A stretch of DNA of 32,000 nt from Pyrodictium delaneyi. GTDB taxonomy: Archaea; Thermoproteota; Thermoprotei_A; Sulfolobales; Pyrodictiaceae. Below, piece after piece: positions 16,296-24,238 of the stretch; the first letter of the stretch is position 1, and the number at the start of each line of letters is the position of its first letter. The stretch covers positions 330,001 to 362,000 of the forward strand of contig NZ_CP013011.1 in assembly GCF_001412615.1 (NCBI RefSeq), read 5' to 3'. The notes below the pieces were generated by a model. It saw only the letters and a program-made list of their open reading frames with translations. It was not told where the DNA came from and ran no database searches. The position numbers and the translations under genes are program-made.

Positions 16296-16763
16296 TTACC
16301 TTTGTACAGCCTTTACTATTGCCGGGAATACGTTACCGTTCGCAGTGTATATCTTGACATTATAGCTGCTACCCGCTGTAGCACCATTTACATTAACTAT
16401 AGCTATCCACGCTTCCTCACCTGCCTTGACCACATCATTGTCGGCTGTTAGTGTACCAGCTATCGCCTCAGTTACAGCTGTAGCCTCGCTAGTATATACA
16501 TCAAAGTCACCGCTCCCGAAACTGCCTATCCCCTCAATTTCAATCTTTGTTATTGTCGCATCAGCGCTACCAGTATTGCGTACATGGATTATAGCAAAGT
16601 TTCCTGTTGCATTTATATAGCTGTCTGGATAAATTTGTAACTGCTCTGTACCTCCTGTCAGACTGCCCCACAAGCCCGTTATCCAGCCTATTACTGCCAC
16701 TGCTATAGCGACTGTCACTGCCAGGATTATGACTGTAGCTATGACAGGGCTTATACCACGCAT
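16296..16763 (-). CDS. Archaeal type IV pilin-like protein (class III signal peptide, DUF361-type N-terminus)
   Basis: From the ATG at 16763: MRG|ISPVIATVIILAVTVAIAVAVIGWI, the canonical prepilin-peptidase (PibD/FlaK-type) substrate N-terminus. A beta-rich Thr/Asn/Gly domain follows. The 17 extra codons in the track ORF are not credited. Confidence 0.75.
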   Translation of the reverse strand: MRGISPVIATVIILAVTVAIAVAVIGWITGLWGSLTGGTEQLQIYPDSYINATGNFAIIHVRNTGSADATITKIEIEGIGSFGSGDFDVYTSEATAVTEAIAGTLTADNDVVKAGEEAWIAIVNVNGATAGSSYNVKIYTANGNVFPAIVKAVQR

Positions 16764-17024
16764 CACGGTACACCCGGCCCCATGCGTCTTTCCAGCCAGA
16801 CCGGTATGTAGCATTCTTCCAAGGGTTTTTGTAGGTTAGGTCGTGGTGTTCTGGCTACACCGAATTTTTAGCATGACCTCGGCTATTCGCGCAGATATCA
16901 GCACACTTACCTTCATGATTGCAGCGCTTAGCTTTCTACTTGGCTCTTCCCGGACTATCCTTTTCCGCTAGAGGCAAGTTCAAAGTCTGCCCACACGGCT
17001 AGCCCAATACTCGGGACCTTTATT

Positions 17025-17828
17025 ATGACCAGCAAAGGTATCCCGCGTAGTCATCCCCGCTACTGGAGCCTAGTTCTCAGGGAGCAGCTGGTTGAGGCTT
17101 GGCGACACGGGATCGTGGTACCGGAGGGGCTTATCGCGCATGGCCGTGGAGAGTGCTTCGACTATTTGATCGGCGAGGAGACTCAGTGGTTTGCCCGGGA
17201 GGCAGTCCGCGCCGCTGCTGCTGCATTGTTGCTAGCACAGCACCCGGTGGTCTCTGTTAATGGCAACGCTGCTGCCTTAGCTGCTGAGGGGCTCGTGAGG
17301 CTGGCAGAGCTTCTCGATGCACCTCTTGAGGTCAACTTGTTCTACCGTACCGAGGAGAGGGCGAGGCGCATCGAGAAGCTCCTACGGAGCCTTGGTGCAC
17401 GCCGCGTGCTGGGTGTAGAGGATGCTACCGCGCGTATACCGGGGCTACCGCATCCACGGGGTAAAGTGAGCCCGGAAGGGATCCTCCGGGCAGACGTTGT
17501 GCTCGTGGCGCTGGAGGATGGCGACCGGACCGAGGCGCTCCGCCGTATGGGGAAGACAGTGATCGCTATTGATCTTAACCCGCTTAGCCGTACCGCCCGC
17601 ATGGCTAGCATAACGATAGTTGACAACATTGTCCGTGCCGTGCCGCTCCTCGTGGAAACCGTGCGAGAGCTGAAGACCCGGCCGCGCGGGGAGCTAGAGG
17701 AGATACTGAGGAACTACGACAACGACAGGGTGCTCGCTGGTGCGCTGCGCTTCATCTCCGAGAGGCTTGAAAGACTGGCGCGTGAAGGAGTAGCTATGGA
17801 TCCCTTGGCGGCTAATGGGCCTAGCTGA
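17025..17828 (+). CDS. 4-phosphopantoate--beta-alanine ligase (archaeal phosphopantothenate synthetase, CoA biosynthesis)
   Basis: HPRYWSLVLREQLV, GLIAHGRGECFDYLIGE, VVSVNGNAAAL and IAIDLNPLSRTA match my memory of the archaeal PPS (COG1701) family. Confidence 0.8.
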   Translation: MTSKGIPRSHPRYWSLVLREQLVEAWRHGIVVPEGLIAHGRGECFDYLIGEETQWFAREAVRAAAAALLLAQHPVVSVNGNAAALAAEGLVRLAELLDAPLEVNLFYRTEERARRIEKLLRSLGARRVLGVEDATARIPGLPHPRGKVSPEGILRADVVLVALEDGDRTEALRRMGKTVIAIDLNPLSRTARMASITIVDNIVRAVPLLVETVRELKTRPRGELEEILRNYDNDRVLAGALRFISERLERLAREGVAMDPLAANGPS

Positions 17829-18001
17829 GCCGAGGAGTTGTACGGTTTTGCGAAATCACTGTTTAATCATGGAGTCGATCCTTGGTGTCTCTATCATTAT
17901 TGAGGCTGCCAGTGTTACTCCCTAGGTTGTAGTGAGACACCGTGGTTTACAAAGAATATAACTCCTAGCATGACTTCCTTAGGGTTCCGGGTTATCTGGC
18001 T

Positions 18002-18502
18002 TTGGCTTCTGCTCATGTTACTGTCACGCTCCCCCGTTCGCTAGCTGAGCGGGCCCGGAGGGAGGCAGAGAAGCTCGGGCTAGGGCTGGAGGAGTACATC
18101 ATAGAGCTGCTAATGGAGGGTATTGACCCGGAGGAGAGGGCTCACGAATATGTTGTTGCTGCAGGGGAGCTGTTGGAGCAGGCCCGGGAGGAGCTAGCTA
18201 AAGGCGATGTCCGGCAGGCTGCGGAGAAGACGTGGGGGGCCGCCGCTCTATCTGTGAAAGCATACGCAGAGTACCGGTATGGGAAGAGGCTTAGGAGTCA
18301 TGGAGAATTATGGGAATATGCGCGTAGGTTGAACCGGGAGCTGGGAGACTGGGTCTACGATGCTTGGACAGCTGCTACTAGTATGCATGTATGCTTCTAC
18401 GAGGGATGGTGTAGCCGAGAAGATGTAGAGAAAGCGCTGGAACGTGTTAGAAAGCTCGTGAGCGGTGTTAAGAGGCTCATCGCTCGTGCGTCTCTGTCCT
18501 AG
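18002..18502 (+). CDS. Ribbon-helix-helix N-terminus fused to a PaREP1-family domain
   Basis: HVTVTLPRSLAERARREAEKLGLGLEEYIIELL looks like a CopG/RHH unit. AAEKTWGAAALSVKAYAE and WVYDAWTAATSMHVCFYEGW match the PaREP1 signature (EK-x-W/Y-x-AA...KA, then W..A...H...F.E). TTG start. Confidence 0.65.
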   Translation: MASAHVTVTLPRSLAERARREAEKLGLGLEEYIIELLMEGIDPEERAHEYVVAAGELLEQAREELAKGDVRQAAEKTWGAAALSVKAYAEYRYGKRLRSHGELWEYARRLNRELGDWVYDAWTAATSMHVCFYEGWCSREDVEKALERVRKLVSGVKRLIARASLS

Positions 18503-19229
18503 CAGTGTACTTGCCCCTGTCTCTCCGGTATATCTTGCTGAGCGCCTCGTATACTAGTGCTGGCTTCTCCTCCCGCTCTAGCTGGCTTAGCTCTATCTCT
18601 ACCTCGACGCGTGTCGGTGGGTGTGTGAGCACGTAGACTCGGTCGGCGTACTCTGCTACCTCGTCTAGGTTGTGATCCACTATCACTACTGTCTTGCCAT
18701 GGCGGTGCGCGATAGCCTCTACTGCTTCTAGGAGGCTGCGGCGCGAGGCGACGTCTAGGCCGGCTAGGGGCTCGTCTAGGAGGAGTATGTCTGGGTCGAG
18801 GACGAGCATCCGGGCTATTGCGGCCTTTCTCGCTGTGCCGCCGCTCACCTCGCCTGGGTACTTGTCGAGATGCTCCGTTATCCCTAGCAGCTCTGCCGCC
18901 CAGGCTACCCGCTCCTCGATTAGCTCCCGGTGTGCGCCGCGGTAGCGGAGTCCAAGGGCTATGTTGTCGCGGAGCCGTTTCCAGGGGAGGAGGAGGTTCT
19001 CCTGGAAGACTAGCAGAGCACGGCCTCTCAGCACTACTGTACCGCGGTCGGGCTCCTCGAGCCCAGCTATGATGCGTAGCAGTGTTGTCTTGCCGCAGCC
19101 GTTAGGCCCTACTATCCCTACTACCTCGGCTTGATGCGCTACGACGGTAACTCCGGCTAGTACTACTCGGTCCCCGTAACTCTTCCAGACATTCCTCGCC
19201 TCTAGCTTCACCTCGGCAGCGCTGCCCAT
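18477..19229 (-). CDS. ABC transporter ATP-binding protein (NitT/TauT nitrate/sulfonate/HMP-type family)
   Basis: Walker A GPNGCGKTT, signature-like VSGGTARKAAIA, Walker B ILLLDEP, H-loop VIVDHN. The internal ATG at 19229 (MGSAAEVKLEARNVW) is preferred and overlaps the permease stop by 22 nt. Confidence 0.85.
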   Translation of the reverse strand: MGSAAEVKLEARNVWKSYGDRVVLAGVTVVAHQAEVVGIVGPNGCGKTTLLRIIAGLEEPDRGTVVLRGRALLVFQENLLLPWKRLRDNIALGLRYRGAHRELIEERVAWAAELLGITEHLDKYPGEVSGGTARKAAIARMLVLDPDILLLDEPLAGLDVASRRSLLEAVEAIAHRHGKTVVIVDHNLDEVAEYADRVYVLTHPPTRVEVEIELSQLEREEKPALVYEALSKIYRRDRGKYTARTETHER

Positions 19230-20083
19230 CGCCGTATCCTCTCCTCCAAGTGCTCCAACACCAACTTGTCGAGAACAATCATCAGTGTTACTAGCACTAA
19301 CCCCCACGCAAAGACGCCACGAGGCTCGGCAAGGCTATAGTAGGTAGCTATCATGTAGCCTATGCCCCCACTGCTCCCGAAGGCCTCGGCTACTACGCTG
19401 ATCCGGAGCGCCGCGCCGAGCGCCGCCCTACCCGCCCCGGCTAGTGCTGGGAGGAGGCTAGGGAGCAGGAAGTCCTTGTAGAGCTTCTTCCTGTCCGCCC
19501 CGAGGAGTATTGCTAGCTCGATTAAACGAGGGTTGGCCGACTCTAGGCCAGATAATAGAGCTGAGAGCATTATCGGGAGAGCTACGAGTGCTGCCACGAG
19601 AACTGGGGGTATGGGACTTAGCACGCCGAACAACATGACTAGAACCAGCGACCAGACGAGGACCGAGACGCTCTGAAGCACAGTGTTTAACGCTCTAACA
19701 GTCTCTTTAGCTAGGGGACCTAGGGTGTAGAGGAGCCCTAGGGCTAAAGCCGTGGTGGCACCTATCAGGAATCCAGCCGCTGTACGGGCGAGCGTAAGAA
19801 CGGTATTCTCAGCTATGGTTAAAGCGCCCTCCTGCGCTAGGAAGGCAAGTGTACCAAGTACCCCTGGAACTTGGCCAGGATAGAGGATGTGGACGAGCTG
19901 CCAGAAAACCGTCAAGAGCGTTGCCGCTGTCAGCCAGCCTGCCAGAACGCTCCTCTTGCCAGAGCTGCTGGCTCGGAGCTTATATAGCCGCCTTCGCGTG
20001 CTAGCTCCCACACTGCTAGGATGTTCTCCACTATCGCTTCTGTGAGTGTTACTGACTCCTCCATTTTCACCCGCTGCCAACAA
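19208..20083 (-). CDS. ABC transporter permease (NitT/TauT family)
   Basis: Six hydrophobic helices and an EAA-type loop (ELAILLGADRKKLYKDFLLPSLLPAL). The start is uncertain: the track start overlaps the upstream SBP gene by ~150 nt, and an internal start near 19950-20010 is possible. Confidence 0.8.
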   Translation of the reverse strand: MLAAGENGGVSNTHRSDSGEHPSSVGASTRRRLYKLRASSSGKRSVLAGWLTAATLLTVFWQLVHILYPGQVPGVLGTLAFLAQEGALTIAENTVLTLARTAAGFLIGATTALALGLLYTLGPLAKETVRALNTVLQSVSVLVWSLVLVMLFGVLSPIPPVLVAALVALPIMLSALLSGLESANPRLIELAILLGADRKKLYKDFLLPSLLPALAGAGRAALGAALRISVVAEAFGSSGGIGYMIATYYSLAEPRGVFAWGLVLVTLMIVLDKLVLEHLEERIRRWAALPR

Positions 20084-20937
20084 AGCTCGGCTGCGCCCTC
20101 GCTTAATCCATACTCCTCCATGAGTATCTGTACTGCCAGGGCTTTATCCCGGTTCCACTGCTGTGCTGCCTCAGCCCGTATCTTCTGTAGTGCTTCAACT
20201 ATCCCGGGATTATCCCTAGCCCAGGAGCCCCGTGCAGCATAGACTATCATTACACCCTTTTCGCCTACATGTCCACTCCACATATCCCAAAGTTCATCGT
20301 AAGTCGCGAGTATCTCGCCACCCTCATCTACCACGAGCTTGGAGACAAAGGGCTCCCATAATACTACGGCATCCACATCACCACGGGCAAAGGCTTGAAC
20401 CAGTTGAGGTGGCGGTGAGTCTACAAGCTGTAGGCTCTTCTCAACGTCGATACCGAAGCCTGCCTTCATATAGGCTTTGAACATTGCATATGTGCCCGTA
20501 GGTTTGAACACGCCAACACGACGCCCCACAAGGTCTTCTATACGGTTTATCCCCGTCTCCGGCTTCGCTACTATTGCCTGGTTCTGGTAAAAGTCAACAG
20601 CTATAATTACCACATCATCTCCGTGTTCGCGGAGCTTTGCGACAAATTCTGCTGGAATAACTGCTACGTCTATATCGCCACGGGCAAGCGCATTAGCTAG
20701 ATCAAGTGTCTTAGTGAAATACTCTACCCGTACATCTAGTCTGTATTTTTGATCGAGTCCGAGCCTAGTTATAACGTCCAGTGTCGAAACGCCGCCACGT
20801 AGAGTACCTATCCTCACCATATTGGTAGTATCTTTACCCCAGTCGGAGTACATCAAAGCAGCTACTATGAACGCTATAGCTACTACAGCAGCTGCTATAG
20901 CGGTACTACGCTCAATTCTAGAACCACCAAGAGCCAT
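19930..20937 (-). CDS. ABC substrate-binding protein, NMT1/THI5-like (NitT/TauT family)
   Basis: N-terminal membrane anchor (STAIAAAVVAIAFIVAALM), then VRIGTLRGGVSTLDVITRLGLDQKY...GDIDVAVIPAEFV...GDVDAVVLWEPF, typical of NMT1/THI5-type periplasmic binding proteins. First gene of an SBP-permease-ATPase operon. Confidence 0.8.
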   Translation of the reverse strand: MALGGSRIERSTAIAAAVVAIAFIVAALMYSDWGKDTTNMVRIGTLRGGVSTLDVITRLGLDQKYRLDVRVEYFTKTLDLANALARGDIDVAVIPAEFVAKLREHGDDVVIIAVDFYQNQAIVAKPETGINRIEDLVGRRVGVFKPTGTYAMFKAYMKAGFGIDVEKSLQLVDSPPPQLVQAFARGDVDAVVLWEPFVSKLVVDEGGEILATYDELWDMWSGHVGEKGVMIVYAARGSWARDNPGIVEALQKIRAEAAQQWNRDKALAVQILMEEYGLSEGAAELCWQRVKMEESVTLTEAIVENILAVWELAREGGYISSEPAALARGAFWQAG

Positions 20938-21001
20938 ACATCAATCACCCAGGGATGGCCCTGCTTCAGGATACTATGCCGTCACCTACAGACTTTAAGC
21001 A

Positions 21002-21016
21002 CATTTGTAACAAATG
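21002..21016. promoter_or_regulatory. Inverted repeat CATTTGT-a-ACAAATG upstream of the NMT1-type ABC operon; candidate operator
   Basis: Perfect 7-bp arms read directly. It lies 65-79 nt upstream of the SBP ATG (20937) and just upstream of a CTTAAAG TATA-like element (20991-21000 on the coding strand). Confidence 0.4.
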
Positions 21017-21079
21017 ACACAATTACTAGAATGATTCGGAACAAAACACTAGGGAGTGAGGAGGATTGGCCTTAGCCCA

Positions 21080-21101
21080 CCCCGCCAGCCGAAGGGCGGG
21101 G
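21080..21101. other. GC hairpin CCCCGCC-agccgaag-GGCGGGG, overlapping a run of five G-tracts (21094-21121)
   Basis: Perfect 7-bp GC stem read directly, 30-50 nt beyond the stop (21131) of the DppD-like gene. No adjacent oligo-T tract, so not called a terminator. Confidence 0.35.
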
Positions 21102-21130
21102 GATGGGCGGGAAGACGGGGGCCGACCCTG

Positions 21131-22117
21131 CTAGGCTAGAGTCCTGCGTTCGCTCTTGCCACGGTGTAGCCAGCACATGGCATAGTGATTGTCTCCTACT
21201 TCGAAGTATGGCGGCTCATGTTCATGGCAGACAGGCATTGCTTGTGGGCACCTTGGGGCGAAGCGGCAGCCAGGCGGTGGGCGGCGGAGATCTGGCGGCT
21301 GGCCGGGTATGTAGGCTAGCTTCTCCTTGGGGCCGTGGAGCCTTGGGATGGCGCGTAGGAGTGCACGGGTGTAGGGGTGCTGAGGGTTGTTGTAAATCTG
21401 CTCGCTGGGCCCATACTCTACTATCTTGCCGGCATACATTACCGCTATCTTGTCTGCTAGCTCCGCGATGACGCTGAGATCGTGGCTTATGAATATGATG
21501 CTCATGCCCAACTTGTGTTTTAGGTCTTTTAGCAGGTTTAGTATCTGGGCTTGTATTATTGTGTCAAGTGCTGTAGTGGGCTCGTCTGCTATAAGTATTG
21601 GTGGGTCGAGGGCTAGCGCCATGGCTATTACTACTCTCTGCTTCTGGCCACCGCTAAGCTCGTGTGGGTAACGTTGTGCTACATCCTCGCCGAGCCCAAC
21701 CATCTCTAGTACTTCTATTACCCTGTTGTAGGCTTGCTCCTTGGTCATGCCGCGATGCACTATAAGTGGCTCGGCTATCTGCTCCCAGACCCTGTAGACG
21801 GGGTTCAACGCGTTCATGGCACCTTGGAATATCATGCTTATCTTCTGCCAGCGTATCCTAGACCTTACTTCGTCTTCACTCATACCCACAATATCTTCTC
21901 CATCTATAATTATCTCGCCTTTAGCTATTCTACCCGGTGGCGGGACTAGTCGTAGAAGCGCCCAGGCAAGCGTCGACTTGCCACAACCACTCTCGCCAGC
22001 TACACCGAGAACCTCGCCAGGTTCGAGCGTAAAGCTGACGCCGTCAACAGCACGGACGACGCCACGGAGCGTGTAATAGTGTACATGAAGATCGCGTACC
22101 TCGAGTATAGGCGGCAC
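21131..22117 (-). CDS. Oligopeptide/dipeptide ABC transporter ATP-binding protein (DppD/OppD type)
   Basis: Walker A GESGCGKST, LSGGQKQRVVIAMAL, ILIADEPTTALD, ISHDL, and the Opp-specific C-terminal domain with CRFAPRCPQAMPVCHEHEP. Confidence 0.9.
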   Translation of the reverse strand: MPPILEVRDLHVHYYTLRGVVRAVDGVSFTLEPGEVLGVAGESGCGKSTLAWALLRLVPPPGRIAKGEIIIDGEDIVGMSEDEVRSRIRWQKISMIFQGAMNALNPVYRVWEQIAEPLIVHRGMTKEQAYNRVIEVLEMVGLGEDVAQRYPHELSGGQKQRVVIAMALALDPPILIADEPTTALDTIIQAQILNLLKDLKHKLGMSIIFISHDLSVIAELADKIAVMYAGKIVEYGPSEQIYNNPQHPYTRALLRAIPRLHGPKEKLAYIPGQPPDLRRPPPGCRFAPRCPQAMPVCHEHEPPYFEVGDNHYAMCWLHRGKSERRTLA

Positions 22118-22261
22118 AGTCCTCTACCCCACTCCGGTCACAGACTGCTGGAGCCTCCCGGGCCTTAACCTCGCGATACAGTAGATATTGAATCCTCCCC
22201 GTACTCCGCGGCTCAGAACACCAGAGACACAGATAGCTCTATAATAGATACGTCTACAGCC

Positions 22262-23335
22262 GTGCTACTGTGCCATGGAGGCGTCAAAGCATTGAAGGCC
22301 AACAAGGAGGCTATAGCAGCCGGGAGCCTTACCATTGTACTGCTTTTCGGCGTTGTGAGTCTACTAGGCGATATGAGTTACGAAGGTTTCAGAAGCGTTC
22401 TACCAGTCTTCATACCTGGTGGACTAGAGCTTAGTAGTGTAGCAGGACTAGGAGAAGTAATAGCATGGAGTCTCCGCCCGGTCACTGGTCTTGTAGCCGA
22501 CCGGCTCGGAGCCTACTGGGGTTTCACAATCCTAGGATATTCCATGATACCCCTTGGGATACTCGTTGCCTCGCTTGGCGGCCCTATGCTGGTACTAGGC
22601 TACAGCATAGAGAGACTCGGTAAAGCGCTCCGAAGCCCTAGCCGCGACGCGCTCCTAGCTGGAGTCGCCGGCAAACGCCGTGGTCTAGTCTTCGGAATCC
22701 ACGAGACAATGGACCAGGTAGGCGCCATAGTAGGACCATTGATAGCCTATATTACGCTCAGCCGGGGTATGGGCCTCTGGCTCTTATCTATACCAGGTCT
22801 TCTAACAGTATTCGTGCTACTGTTTGCCCGAAGCCTTTACCCGAGGGGTGCCCGGCCTCGGCCAAAGAAGGTAGGAATACGGGAGGCCCTACATTGGAGC
22901 AAAGGAGCAGTCTTATACGTAGTTATAGCGGGAACGCTAGTAGCTAGCCCGCTCGCCGTAGAGCATGTTGCAAGGACTCTAGGCGGCGTAACTGCTAGCT
23001 CTGCTCCACTACTATATGCCGCTGCAATGCTATCTGACGCCTTTGCAGCAGTACCCCTCGGCATGCTCTACGACAGGCAACCAAAGACTGCCACATCTAT
23101 ACCAGTAGTGATGGGAGCTACTGCTGGCATAGTAGCTGTATTGCTGGGTGATACTCTAGCTGGAGCACTTGTAGCCGCCCTGCTGAGCGGCATAGCAGAA
23201 GCGGGGTTTGAAACCGTAGCCCGCGCAATGGTACGTGGGGGCGCCACGGGTTACGGATTCTATGGTCTGGCGCGTGGCGTAGCTGCAGCAGGCTCTATAG
23301 CACTATACAGTGTCGCAGCGTCTATGCTCGCGTAG
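22262..23335 (+). CDS. Major facilitator superfamily-type transporter
   Basis: 357 aa with about 10-12 hydrophobic helices, an N-terminal GDMSYEGFRS motif and a central basic loop (YPRGARPRPKKVG). Family assignment rests on topology only. Confidence 0.7.
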   Translation: MLLCHGGVKALKANKEAIAAGSLTIVLLFGVVSLLGDMSYEGFRSVLPVFIPGGLELSSVAGLGEVIAWSLRPVTGLVADRLGAYWGFTILGYSMIPLGILVASLGGPMLVLGYSIERLGKALRSPSRDALLAGVAGKRRGLVFGIHETMDQVGAIVGPLIAYITLSRGMGLWLLSIPGLLTVFVLLFARSLYPRGARPRPKKVGIREALHWSKGAVLYVVIAGTLVASPLAVEHVARTLGGVTASSAPLLYAAAMLSDAFAAVPLGMLYDRQPKTATSIPVVMGATAGIVAVLLGDTLAGALVAALLSGIAEAGFETVARAMVRGGATGYGFYGLARGVAAAGSIALYSVAASMLA

Positions 23336-23476
23336 TACTACACCATCATAGCACAATGTGCTTATCAAGAAGTGTTACATCGGCGGTAAGGATATAAATC
23401 CCAGAAAAAGACGGAAGCCGTAAGCCGGGTACATGACCACTATTATACCCTACGCAGCATGGAGGTACGATGAGCC

Positions 23477-24058
23477 ATGGTAAGCAAACGTAGGCTTCTC
23501 CTACTAGCGAGCCTCGCAATAGTAGCAGTAGCTGCTGCTGGCGTCTCAGCTAGTGTCTTCGTGTTCTACCCTGGCGATGTAACAGCCCAGTACACCGAGC
23601 CTCCAGTAAAGGTATTTCCGGGCAGCAATGCCGGGCAACGCGACCTTAATGGTGCTAGGATCAATGTCGCGATAGGAGCAAACCAGACAAGTGTATCGTT
23701 AGCGCTGCATCCGACATACCAGATAACGTACTACAAGAACATAACTTTCGTCAAGAACCTTGACACAACCAACAGTTATTACGTATGGTTTAAGACTAGC
23801 CAGCCTACGAACTTCACCGTAACCAACGCTTATCTGAAGCTCATAATAAACGACACCAGTACCGGCGATATCTATGTCCTAGACCTTACCAATAGTGGCG
23901 ACATAGTCGGCCCCATAACCCTCAATGCCGGCGCTAACCTCACTATCGACGTACAGAGCTACTATCCTGAGGGAGAAGCTTTACCAGCAGGCGTCATAAC
24001 AGCTGGTTTCGAGATCATCATAGGTACTGTAAACGAGCAACCACCAGCACCACAGTAA
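23477..24058 (+). CDS. Small secreted beta-rich glycoprotein of unknown function (candidate extracellular fibre/matrix subunit)
   Basis: Sec/SPase-I-type signal peptide MVSKRR-LLLLASLAIVAVAAAGVSA|SV. No further TM segment. The mature ~168 aa are rich in Asn/Thr/Tyr/Val with five N-x-S/T sequons (NQT, NIT, NFT, NDT, NLT). GGAGGT lies 11 nt upstream of the ATG. Confidence 0.7.
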   Translation: MVSKRRLLLLASLAIVAVAAAGVSASVFVFYPGDVTAQYTEPPVKVFPGSNAGQRDLNGARINVAIGANQTSVSLALHPTYQITYYKNITFVKNLDTTNSYYVWFKTSQPTNFTVTNAYLKLIINDTSTGDIYVLDLTNSGDIVGPITLNAGANLTIDVQSYYPEGEALPAGVITAGFEIIIGTVNEQPPAPQ

Positions 24059-24100
24059 AAGAGACAAGGAAATAGGAGCTCTAACCTCCCGTAGGGAAAA

Positions 24101-24107
24101 TTTTCTT
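24101..24107 (+). terminator. Oligo-T tract (TTTTCTT) within the palindromic GAAAATTTTC, downstream of the secreted-protein gene
   Basis: Lies about 45 nt after the stop at 24058. Archaeal termination typically uses T-runs. Confidence 0.45.
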
Positions 24108-24238
24108 CCCGAAACCAATAATCACTTTATAGAATTCATCGGTTTCTGTTGAACTGGATAGATTATTTATTCTATTGTTCTTAGGCTTTGCATGGATAAG
24201 GTATTACCGTTCTTCTATCCGAGCTAGGGTTACAGGCT

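Noticed and set aside
16764-16814. 17-codon extension upstream of the pilin MRG start
   Set aside because: Class III signal peptides are short. MRG|ISPVIATV is a canonical start, and the extension would give an atypical long pre-sequence. Kept as a caveat in the pilin finding.
16955-16995. tRNA-like T-loop resemblance (GGCAAGTTCAAAGTCTGCC)
   Set aside because: The flanking bases do not form a 5-bp T-stem (GCAAG versus TCTGC), and no acceptor or anticodon arms can be built. No tRNA is called anywhere in the window.
18694-19072. Plus-strand ORFs antisense to the ABC ATPase gene
   Set aside because: Arg/Ser/Pro-rich shadows of a gene with Walker A, Walker B and signature motifs.
21103-22076. 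Plus-strand ORFs antisense to the DppD-like gene (21103-21471, 21426-21671, 21734-21949, 21816-22076)
   Set aside because: Antisense shadows. The first begins in the G-rich element and gives a Gly/Arg-rich translation.
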